Shown here one piece after another: positions 8,001 through 14,601 of a stretch of 32,000 nucleotides of DNA. How positions within the stretch are numbered: position 1 is the first letter of the stretch; the number at the start of each line of letters is the position of its first letter. Source of the stretch: Halomicronema hongdechloris C2206 (GTDB taxonomy: Bacteria; Cyanobacteriota; Cyanobacteriia; Phormidesmidales; Phormidesmidaceae); contig NZ_CP021983.2 in assembly GCF_002075285.3 (NCBI RefSeq), positions 4,110,001 to 4,142,000 of the forward strand. The letters are read 5' to 3'. The notes below the pieces were generated by a model, which was given only the letters and a program-made list of their open reading frames with translations, was not told the origin of the DNA and did no database searches. Both the position numbers and the translations under genes were made by a program.

Positions 8001-8955
8001 GCGGGAACTGCCCGGCCACACCGCCAGCATCTGGAAGGTGTCGTTTCACCCTAAAGGCCACCTACTGGCCAGCGCCAGCCTCAACGGCGAGGTCCGTGTT
8101 TGGGATGTCGCTACCGGACGCTGCCGGCACAGCCTCTGGCGCAATCAGTCCTGGATTCAAGCCTTTGGGTTCAGCCCCCAGGGGCACCTGGTCAGCGCCA
8201 GCAGCACCGACGCCACCATTCTGTTCTGGGATGCGGAAACCGGGGAGTGCTGGCGCAGCATTGCCCTCTCTACCGATGCCTATATCCTCGGTCTCGACTT
8301 CCATCCCCAAGGGCACTACTTCGTCTCTGCCGGCAACAACAGCCAGCTACGCTGGTGGGACATGGCCACTGGCGAGTGTTTTCGGGTGCAGTCGGCTAAA
8401 GAGGGTCACACCTGGGCGATTGCCTTCCATCCCCAGGGGCACCTGTTCGCTAGCGTAGGCCACAACCTGGATGTCAAACTCTGGGATGCCGACTCGGGCG
8501 AATGCCTAGACAGCCTGCTGGGCCATACCGGCATCCACGGCGCTGTCGCCTTCAGCCCCGATGGCACGATTCTGGCCAGCGGTCGCAGCGATCGCACCAT
8601 CCGCCTGTGGGATGTCGCCACCCGTCAGTGTTTGCATGTCCTGGAAGGCCACACTAGCACCGTCACTTCCATAGCGTTCATGCCTTCCACGGCTCAACCG
8701 CTCCACAACCAGCCAGCCCTACTTGTCAGCGGCAGTCTGGACGGCACTGTCTGCCTCTGGGATGTCGGAACCGGCACCTGTCTGAAGCAATTCCGACCCG
8801 ATCGGCTCTATGAAGGGATGATGATTATCGGGACAACCGGACTGACGGTGGGGGAAAAATCGGCCCTGCTTGCTCTGGGAGCTGTCGAAGGCATACACCC
8901 AAGCACAACTCGGTCCATCAAGCCCATCGGAGAAGCCATTGCAGAATGCCATTGA
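5032..8955 (+). CDS. STAND NTPase: N-terminal HTH, NB-ARC/AAA P-loop module, about 14 WD40 repeats (1307 aa)
   Basis: HTH-like N-terminus: FTLEELCDRTRLALSTIARVLDAQVGVDKQTLSQVFAAF. Walker A is GMGGIGKT (nt about 5494-5517) and Walker B is CLLILDNYE. Repeated units of the type GH...V.S..FSPDG..LAS.S.D.T..LWD run from about 6950 to 8800. The C-terminal ...YEGMMIIGTTGLTVGEKSALLALGAVE tail is typical of cyanobacterial WD40 STAND proteins. Confidence 0.9.
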   Translation: MTMTAKKSRRRGVVLSLQGQHKLEAARRQLEQTVNGGDRFTLEELCDRTRLALSTIARVLDAQVGVDKQTLSQVFAAFDLLLERTDYQHPGLSQAPDAFPPSGSTAIAPSPEPSPQTIDWGEAIDVSLFYGRTAELATLERWIQQDRCRLIAILGMGGIGKTALSVKLAQQSVVSREGQEGGEDQLTTSPLSPNPSGQATPTPLHPPTPSPTHSFTHIIWRTLRNAPPLELLLTDLIQVLSGQQETAASLTVGPLLSRFMHYLRQHRCLLILDNYETVLQGGQFAGAYRQGYEGYGELLRQVGELPHPSCLVLTSREKPETIADLEGETLPVRSLGLPGLLPADTDHLFDAIGLSQSPAGRRRLMEIYSGNPLALKIVATSIRELFDSDVDAFLGEETLVFNGIRRLLNQQMQRLTRLEKQVMFWLAINREWVTIAELQADIVPPVPKQRLLETLESLARRSLIEQKNARFTQQPVVMEYMTEQVIEQVGDALETLTLDLDAVSSEGLIFNAYALIKATAKEYVRDSQTRLILQPIARHLAECFSSVAALEQQMLRILTRVRRSETRGSSYGAGNLINLMSHLHLDLSDYDFSNLTIRQACLQKTPLHRVNLKDAHLIACRFAEPVPHPNSLAISPDGDRMAIGGEDGAIQMWQVSTGTPLLTLQAHSTFVFALAFAPQRDANSPNGNLLASGSMDSGIKFWEVESGQCLQAWQFERPWALAFTSDGRFLAGSLGDSDRAIHLWDWRTGQSLKTFLGHTGPASGLAFIPATASHSQRLVSGGQDCLLKIWDVDSGECLRTLTDHRGMVWSVAVHPEGDRFATASFDQTIKIWDVETEVCLQTLLGHTAEVTSVRFSPDGLLLVSSSSDRTLRLWEVATGKCLTVLQSHEDSVWAAAFIAGHTPTGEWASGQAIVSVGMDQSVRFWDISHVPPTSENSTLDLSGLSGQCLKTIQGDSTGIRSVACHPQGDLIASGGLGGVVRLWDTAGTCLRELPGHTASIWKVSFHPKGHLLASASLNGEVRVWDVATGRCRHSLWRNQSWIQAFGFSPQGHLVSASSTDATILFWDAETGECWRSIALSTDAYILGLDFHPQGHYFVSAGNNSQLRWWDMATGECFRVQSAKEGHTWAIAFHPQGHLFASVGHNLDVKLWDADSGECLDSLLGHTGIHGAVAFSPDGTILASGRSDRTIRLWDVATRQCLHVLEGHTSTVTSIAFMPSTAQPLHNQPALLVSGSLDGTVCLWDVGTGTCLKQFRPDRLYEGMMIIGTTGLTVGEKSALLALGAVEGIHPSTTRSIKPIGEAIAECH
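5641..5682. repeat. 16-bp tandem repeat CTTCACCCACCCACTC, about 2.6 copies, inside the STAND coding sequence
   Basis: Direct reading: units at 5641-5656 and 5657-5672, then a partial unit at 5673-5682. The period is not a multiple of 3, so each unit is read in a different frame (LHPPTPSPTHSFTH). Confidence 0.85.
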
Positions 8956-9162
8956 CATGCCTTTCCCAGGTGCGGAGACTAACGATTAGCCGACTGCATC
9001 AATAGAATCGCTCCTGGTGCGCTAACCTGATGCGATCGCATCTGAGTCCAGTCCGTCACCAGATCATTCCAGAGCTGGGAATCTGACCAATTAAAGCTAG
9101 CTGGCCAACGCTATAGTATCCCCATAGACAACGGTTCGCCCTAGCGAGTTCAGGCCAGTTCA

Positions 9163-9600
9163 TTGGATTTACCCTCTTTCATCTGGTTGTGGCGTATCGC
9201 TGCCTGGTCCATGGGCCTATCGGTGACCGCTTACCTGGTGTTAGCGACCTTAGGCGGCTGGTTGGCGCTGACCCGGTTGACCAATCGCCCCCGACCCGGC
9301 TGGGTGCGATCGCTGCACATCGCCGTAGGGGTAATCCTGGTGAGCCTAGTCTTGTTATTGCTCAGCATCGGCATCATTGGCACCCTGGGGGAATATGGCA
9401 GCTTGGGCCACTCCTACCATCTGCCAGCGGGCCTAACCGTGGTCACCCTGGTCTTGCTATCTGCCTGGAGTGCCGCTCGTATTGATGTCAGTCGCCCCTG
9501 GGCGCGCCGCCTGCATGTGGGCATCAATGGCATCTTGTTCGTCGCCCTGGCCACCGTGACCTTCACTGGCTGGCAAGTGGTTCAGAAATATTTGCCCTAG
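9163..9600 (+). CDS. DUF4079-like integral membrane protein (4 TM, conserved His residues)
   Basis: 145-aa ORF with a TTG start in the track. It begins LPSFIWLWRIAAWSMGLSVTAYLVLATLGG and contains ...HIAVGVILVSLVLLLLSIG...GHSYHLPAGL..., a pattern I associate with cyanobacterial/plastid DUF4079. The exact start is uncertain. Confidence 0.55.
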   Translation: MDLPSFIWLWRIAAWSMGLSVTAYLVLATLGGWLALTRLTNRPRPGWVRSLHIAVGVILVSLVLLLLSIGIIGTLGEYGSLGHSYHLPAGLTVVTLVLLSAWSAARIDVSRPWARRLHVGINGILFVALATVTFTGWQVVQKYLP

Positions 9601-9621
9601 GCAAGTATCCCAGCCAAGCAT

Positions 9622-9649
9622 TTGACACTATAGCTACAGACAGTATAGC
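9622..9649 (+). promoter_or_regulatory. Candidate sigma70-type promoter: TTGACA, 16 nt, TATAGC
   Basis: TTGACA at 9622-9627 and TATAGC at 9644-9649, upstream of the 9764 ORF. This is a sequence match only, and the -10 element is part of a 15-bp tandem duplication. Confidence 0.2.
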
Positions 9650-9658
9650 TACAGACAG
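9629..9658. repeat. 15-bp tandem duplication TATAGCTACAGACAG, 2 copies
   Basis: Direct reading: exact copies at 9629-9643 and 9644-9658. Confidence 0.9.
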
Positions 9659-9710
9659 TTAGGTTAGGACATTTCAAATCAGTGAATTCTTGGCGTAGCA
9701 AACATCCTAA

Positions 9711-9738
9711 TTCTGCCCTCTGCCTTTTTCCTTCTACC
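9711..9738. repeat. Heptamer tract TTCTGCC CTCTGCC TTTTTCC TTCTACC (reverse complement of the GGCAGAA family)
   Basis: Direct reading. The same family is found at 11079-11101 and 21229-21252. Confidence 0.8.
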
Positions 9739-9763
9739 TTTCACTATATCAGGCCCCCTGTCG

Positions 9764-10180
9764 TTGCCTCAAAAGACGATATCATTTGTGTGGCTCTATG
9801 GGGCCTTGAGCGAGCGGGTGGTGCTAGATGATGTCGGCCTGCGAGTGACCTACCCGATCTGGATTCGCTGGTTACTGCGTCGGGGTTGGAGCCTCGACTG
9901 GTCTCAAATAACGGCCTTGAAACCACGCACCACTGGTCAGAGTGGGTTAGTCTACTACTGTCTCAGCCGGGATCAGCAAGCTTACTTACTGCCCATGCGG
10001 GTTGCCGGATTTGCCCGCCTGGTGCAACAGCTAGAGAGCCACACCGGCATTGATACCGGCGATGTGAAGCCCCTGGCCCAGCCCTGGATGTATCTGATTT
10101 TGCTAGGGTTTACCGGCCTGTTGCTATGGGTGGATGGTTGGATCGTCTGGACAGCCTGGAGTTTGGAGGGATTATCTTGA
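9764..10180 (+). CDS. Hypothetical protein, possibly a bacterial PH-like domain followed by one C-terminal TM helix
   Basis: 138-aa ORF with a TTG start in the track. It contains VVLDDVGLRVTYP...WSLDWSQITALKP...GLVYYCLS... and a hydrophobic tail, PWMYLILLGFTGLLLWVDGWIVWTAW. Its stop overlaps the start of the ABC ATPase gene. Confidence 0.45.
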   Translation: MPQKTISFVWLYGALSERVVLDDVGLRVTYPIWIRWLLRRGWSLDWSQITALKPRTTGQSGLVYYCLSRDQQAYLLPMRVAGFARLVQQLESHTGIDTGDVKPLAQPWMYLILLGFTGLLLWVDGWIVWTAWSLEGLS

Positions 10181-10920
10181 GCGTGGTGTTGCAGTTAGAG
10201 CAAGTGACGCTAGACTCCCCCCTGAGTGCACAGCCCTTACTCAACCAGATTTCCTTTAGCCTGGCACCCGGGGAGTTTGTCGGTATAGTCGGTCCCTCAG
10301 GGGCGGGTAAAACCTCCCTGTTACGCCTGATCAACCGTTTACAGGATGCCAGTCACGGTCAGATTCAGGTGCAGCACCGGCCAGTCTCAGCCTGGCCAGT
10401 AGTTTCCCTGCGACAGCAGATGGCTCTAGTGTTGCAAGAGCCCAAGCTCTTGGGCATGACGGTGCAAGAGGCAATGCACTATCCCCTAAAACTGCGGGGG
10501 ATGGCGGCGACGGAAGCGCGAAAGCGGGTAAACCATTGGCTAGAGCGCCTGCAAATCCCTCGAGACTGGCAAGGCCGGACGGAATTAGAGCTGTCCGTCG
10601 GTCAGCGGCAGCGGGTAGCCATTGCTCGAGCCCTGGTGACTGAGCCGCCGCTACTGCTACTCGATGAACCCACCTCGGCTCTGGATGTGGGTCATGGCGA
10701 GCGGCTGTTGGCCTGCCTGCAGGAGTTAGCCACTGCTCAGGGAATGGCGATTTTGATGGCTAACCATCAGCTGGATTGGGTGGAACAGTTCTGCAGTCGG
10801 GTGCTGTATCTGCAGCAGGGCAAGTTAGGGGGGGATTGGCCGGCAACGGTGGTCAATTGGCATCACCTGCGAGAGGCCATTGCCGATGTGGAACGCCGAG
10901 CCGCGGCTGAGTGGGACTAA
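10177..10920 (+). CDS. ABC transporter ATP-binding protein (stand-alone ATPase, no permease gene adjacent)
   Basis: Walker A is GPSGAGKTS, the signature is LSVGQRQR and Walker B is LLLLDEPTSALD. I prefer the TTG at 10177-10179 because a GGAGGG SD (10165-10170) sits 6 nt upstream. The TTG overlaps the upstream stop (TTGA). The track ORF begins at 10126. Confidence 0.85.
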   Translation: MSVVLQLEQVTLDSPLSAQPLLNQISFSLAPGEFVGIVGPSGAGKTSLLRLINRLQDASHGQIQVQHRPVSAWPVVSLRQQMALVLQEPKLLGMTVQEAMHYPLKLRGMAATEARKRVNHWLERLQIPRDWQGRTELELSVGQRQRVAIARALVTEPPLLLLDEPTSALDVGHGERLLACLQELATAQGMAILMANHQLDWVEQFCSRVLYLQQGKLGGDWPATVVNWHHLREAIADVERRAAAEWD

Positions 10921-10943
10921 CCAGTCTTTGAGGATGCTTGCTC

Positions 10944-11252
10944 ATGGATGTGGACCCGATTTCTGTCGACTTTTGGCAACAGTGGCACCAGGCTGGCTCC
11001 CCTCGCTGGGATCTAGGAGTGGCGGCCCCTCCCCTGGTATGGCACCTCACCCACTGAGTTGCGCCAGCACTATTTAAAGGCAGAAGGCAGAAGGCAGAAG
11101 GATGAAACTGGTATGGCACCTCACCCACTGAGTTGCGCCAGCACTTCCGTTGCCGGTTTCAGCTCCGGCGCCTGGAACCGGCCACCGATTCCATCCCGGC
11201 TCGCCAGGGGGAAGAGCAGCTCGCAGACTTTCAGGTAACTCCAAACCCCTGA
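10944..11252 (+). pseudogene. Relic of a thiopurine/thiol S-methyltransferase (TPMT)-like SAM methyltransferase: only N- and C-terminal pieces remain
   Basis: The ATG at 10944 gives MDVDPISVDFWQQWHQAGSPRWDLGVAAPPLVWHLTH then a stop. This fits the W..W..G..PWD.G...P pattern of TPMT-family N-termini. A different frame from 11124 gives PTELRQHFRCRFQLRRLEPATDSIPARQGEEQLADFQVTPNP then a stop at 11250-11252, which resembles the family C-terminus. The Rossmann core is missing. Confidence 0.5.
11034..11145. repeat. Exact 38-bp direct repeat (11034-11071 and 11108-11145) flanking a 36-bp insert that contains (GGCAGAA)x3
   Basis: Direct reading: CTGGTATGGCACCTCACCCACTGAGTTGCGCCAGCACT occurs twice. The insert is ATTTAAAGGCAGAAGGCAGAAGGCAGAAGGATGAAA, with the heptamers at 11079-11099. 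Confidence 0.9.
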
Positions 11253-11358
11253 TGCAAGCCGAGCATCGGCAACGGGGCCAGACCTGCGATCGCACCAAGC
11301 AGCATGAGAGGTTGCTATACTAGGCAAGATAAAGTTTTGTTACTTTTTTGAGCCTGTC

Positions 11359-12024
11359 ATGAGCATTGTTGACTTAGAGCATATCTCCCAGCAACTGGAT
11401 AGTAAAGACCCCAAAGATCGCATGCTGGCCTTGGCTGCCTTGAGGGGGGTGTCCCCTGAGCAGGCTGCCCCCTTGATCCGTAAGGTCCTCTATGACGGCA
11501 ATCTACAGGTCCGCTCCATGGCCGTTTTTGCCCTGGGTCTAAAACCAGACGAGCAAGCCTGCGATACCTTGATTAACTTGCTCGAGCATGACCCGGACTA
11601 TGGCATCCGCGCCGATGCTGCCGGTGCTCTAGGCTATCTCGAGGACCCACGTGCCTTTGGGCCCCTCGTGCGCGCCTTCTACGAAGATACGGACTGGTTA
11701 GTCCGATTCAGTGCGGCAGTCTCCTTGGGTAACCTGAAGAATCCCCAAGCCCACGACGTCCTCATCGAAGCCCTAGGCAGCGATCAGGAGATCATGCAAC
11801 AAGCTGCCATTGCCGCCATTGGCGAGATCGGCGATATGAAAGCCTTAGATGAAATCCTCACCTTTGCCCAGTCCGAGGATTGGTTGGTGCGGCAGCGCTT
11901 GGCCGAGGCCCTGGGTAACCTGCCCAGTTCTAAGGGAGAATCAGCCCTACGCTTCCTGGAGAAAGATGCCCATCCTCAAGTTGCCACCGCCGCTCGGCTG
12001 TCCCTGCAACGACTGGTTCAATAA
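11359..12024 (+). CDS. HEAT-repeat protein (PBS lyase HEAT-like repeats; NblB/CpcE-related)
   Basis: 221-aa ORF with repeated D...VR..A..ALG motifs: LQVRSMAVFALGL, YGIRADAAGALGYL, WLVRFSAAVSLGNL and WLVRQRLAEALGNL. Confidence 0.8.
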   Translation: MSIVDLEHISQQLDSKDPKDRMLALAALRGVSPEQAAPLIRKVLYDGNLQVRSMAVFALGLKPDEQACDTLINLLEHDPDYGIRADAAGALGYLEDPRAFGPLVRAFYEDTDWLVRFSAAVSLGNLKNPQAHDVLIEALGSDQEIMQQAAIAAIGEIGDMKALDEILTFAQSEDWLVRQRLAEALGNLPSSKGESALRFLEKDAHPQVATAARLSLQRLVQ

Positions 12025-12456
12025 GTCGGTATCCGCCTAATCGGTTAGCAGATCGTCTCTGAGCCAGAATATAGTTCAACAGCCTGGAGATTAGGCGAGA
12101 ACTGAGTTCTGGCTTTCGATCATTAGAACCTCACCTACAGCGTCGCTCAATTTACGGGGGACCATCATCCAGGAATCAGACCCTATCGCAAACGCAGTGT
12201 GGTTAGGACGATTTGGATGTCTGAAATTCCTATGCCGCCAGGGGTGTACTTCTGCCTTGTGCTACAAGCGTTAAGAGCTAATTTGCAAAGGGAATCCTAA
12301 AGAACCGTCAAGGCAAGTGTTCTCAAGGCTTCTAGCGATCTTGCAGGAGTGTTCGCGGTGTTTCTGAAAACCTTGCTCTGACGACTGTTTAGGCGGTTTG
12401 CAAATCACCTCTAAGGGATTCGCGTCAAGATAAAGTACCCATCAAGGGGATAGCAG

Positions 12457-12491
12457 GTGATGGGGTGATGGGGTGATGGGGTGATGGGGTG
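12457..12491. repeat. Octamer tandem repeat (GTGATGGG), about 4.4 copies; gives four GGGG runs spaced by TGAT
   Basis: Direct reading. GGGG runs lie at 12462-65, 12470-73, 12478-81 and 12486-89, followed by T6 at 12492-12497. Confidence 0.9.
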
Positions 12492-12541
12492 TTTTTTAGG
12501 CGCAACTCCCTAAGCAGGTCCTGAATTCTGTAGTCCAAACC

Positions 12542-13054
12542 CTAGCTGAGATGAGTTGGAATCAGGTGATGCTGACAGTTGGAACAGACACCATAGATTG
12601 TAAATTGGCAGTCGAGGATGGAATATCCTTGACTTGCTGCTTGGTCGTGAGCCACCTCAGAAGTCATGTCTTCCTCAAACTCCACCACAGCCCCACACTG
12701 GACACACACTAAGTGATGATGATCGCCTGCATAGGGATTACTAAGCTCATAGCTTTTCTTGCCGTCGGCCAACTCTAACTCCCGCAATAAGCCTAAATTC
12801 ACCATGACATGCAATGTTCTGTAAATTGTCGATGGGCTAACATGTTCACCTTGACAGGCCAACTGATGGTGAATGGTGTCTGCATTCAAGTGTTGGCCTT
12901 CCTGACAAGCATGGAACAAACCAATAATTTTCTGGCGCTGTCTCGTAAAGCGAAATCCTCCTTGATGGAATAGCTCTTTCATCAGGTCTCCAGCTTGGCT
13001 CGGGTCGGTTGTCATAGGCGCAGGTGAGTGGGGTTCGGATTGTGAATAGGTCAT
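12542..13054 (-). CDS. Fur family transcriptional regulator (PerR/Zur-like paralogue cannot be told apart from sequence alone)
   Basis: Contains FTRQRQKIIGLF...STIYRTLHVMVNLGLLRELE...DHHHLVCVQCGAVVEF...GVCSNCQ, that is the winged helix, the HHHxxC motif and two CxxC pairs. I prefer the ATG at 13052-13054 (AGAGGA SD 7 nt upstream). The track ORF extends to 13099. Confidence 0.85.
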   Translation of the reverse strand: MTYSQSEPHSPAPMTTDPSQAGDLMKELFHQGGFRFTRQRQKIIGLFHACQEGQHLNADTIHHQLACQGEHVSPSTIYRTLHVMVNLGLLRELELADGKKSYELSNPYAGDHHHLVCVQCGAVVEFEEDMTSEVAHDQAASQGYSILDCQFTIYGVCSNCQHHLIPTHLS

Positions 13055-13335
13055 TAATACATCCTCTGAGCCAAAAGTATTGTTATGTGTTGAAAGCAAT
13101 TCTCAAATAGTGAATTAGAATTTGCAAAACAGTGTGAAAAGAAACTTAAAAAGAAGCGTGGGAATTGCAATTTATTCTCGATTGAAATGGTTTCATGGCA
13201 AAAACTGATAACTTTTTGCTGTAATAGTGACTTGCCAGCAACCAAATCAAAAAAATGGAGGTAAGCTGATGGGTATGAGCTGGAAAGTATGGATTCGACC
13301 ATCTGTTGAATCACCACAAGATCTGGGGATTAGCT

Positions 13336-13872
13336 ATGCCTACTACCGAAACGCTGCTACAGTCATCCAATGAAATTACTGACAATCCAATCTTGCTAGA
13401 AAAGAGCATCACAGAGCCGATCTGCGAAGGACTCGGGGTTGCTTATGCCAGCTTCATGGCCCTCTACCTGCAGTACCAGAAACATCATTTTGTGGTGGAG
13501 GGGGCTGAATACTACATGCTCCATGAGTATTTCGCTGAAAGCTACGGGGAAGTGCAAGAACATGCCCATGATGTGGGCGAGCGTCTCCATGGGCTAGGAG
13601 GTATCCCGGCTCACTCCTTCAGCAAACTGGCGCAACTCTGCTGTTTTGAGCAAGAGTCCGATGATGTGTTTCGCTGCCGGTTGATGATTGAGCATGATCT
13701 AAAGGCGGAGCAATCATTGGTTGACGTGCTTCGACGTCAGGCTGCTCAGGCAGAAAGCCTGGGAGACCGAGCTACTCGCTACCTCTACGAGCAAATTCTG
13801 CTCAAGACTGAAGAGCGCGCCTATCATCTTGAGCACTTCTTGACTCGGGACAGCCTCAAGCTGGGCTGGTAG
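13336..13872 (+). CDS. Dps family protein (DNA starvation/stationary-phase protection, ferritin-like)
   Basis: Contains ...[47 protein letters not shown]..., the Dps ferroxidase-site pattern. I prefer the ATG at 13336 ([23 protein letters not shown]...). The track start at 13306 is a TTG. Confidence 0.85.
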   Translation: MPTTETLLQSSNEITDNPILLEKSITEPICEGLGVAYASFMALYLQYQKHHFVVEGAEYYMLHEYFAESYGEVQEHAHDVGERLHGLGGIPAHSFSKLAQLCCFEQESDDVFRCRLMIEHDLKAEQSLVDVLRRQAAQAESLGDRATRYLYEQILLKTEERAYHLEHFLTRDSLKLGW

Positions 13873-13888
13873 ATAGCGTTGATACTCT

Positions 13889-14182
13889 TCATCGACTGGA
13901 AGTCCCGCGCTTTCTGGGGGAAGATGCGGGGCTTTTCATCGGTTTTTGTCGACATCGCTCTAGGCGTTCAATCAAGGTATGGCGAGGGGCAGTGAACTGT
14001 TGCACGACACTCCACAGTTGCACGGCACTGCTTGCTGTAGTTACTTCTACTCGCAGGGGTTGACCATTGCTGCAACTGCAGGACACGTCTAGCTGTTGCA
14101 GCCGACTATAAATGTTCCAGCGCTCTACTCGGTCAATCTGCAGAACGCTATTGAGTTGGGTATCTGGAATCGAGAATTCCAT
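13889..14182 (-). CDS. Small conserved cyanobacterial protein (resembles the Asr1405/Asl0597 family from memory)
   Basis: Track ORF 13889..14200. The segment MEFSIPDTQLNSVLQIDRVERWNIYSRLQQLDVSCSCSNGQPLRVEVTTASSAVQLWSVVQQFTAPRHTLIERLERC matches my recollection of that family. The start could be 14182 or 14200. Confidence 0.5.
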   Translation of the reverse strand: MEFSIPDTQLNSVLQIDRVERWNIYSRLQQLDVSCSCSNGQPLRVEVTTASSAVQLWSVVQQFTAPRHTLIERLERCRQKPMKSPASSPRKRGTSSR

Positions 14183-14601
14183 GGAGCCTGGTCCTTGCAT
14201 AAAGCGCTAATTTGTAAGTAAAGGCATCTTAGGAAGCTTTCAAATAAGGTTTTGCCAAAGATTCGGGTGATTTTACATAGGCGGCTACCGTTGCCATGAG
14301 AACATGTGAGCTATGACGAACATGAGGTCGGCAGGCTCTGATAGGAACAGTTGTAAATTAGGACGGAAGTCAGGAGGGATTATCCTGCAATTCCTTACGG
14401 ACAAGGATATTCCATGGCAAGGCTCAATGCAACCGATTTTCAATAGTGAAATCTATTGATTTGCTCCCTGCTCGATAAAAGCCCTCTTATAAGGGGACTT
14501 TAGGTAGCTGTTGAGTGGAAGTGTTGCAGACTACAGTAAGATTCTCTTAAGTCTATTGACAGGTACTCTCAGGATAGTGTATCTGGGCCATTTTGCTGGG
14601 C

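Noticed and set aside
12282-12420. Two TTTGCAAA palindromes, each followed by GGGAATCC or GGGATTC, about 115 bp apart, as possible MITE termini or an sRNA gene.
   Set aside because: The flanks do not form clean inverted or direct terminal repeats, and I could not build a convincing secondary structure by eye. I mention them only as context under the G4 finding.
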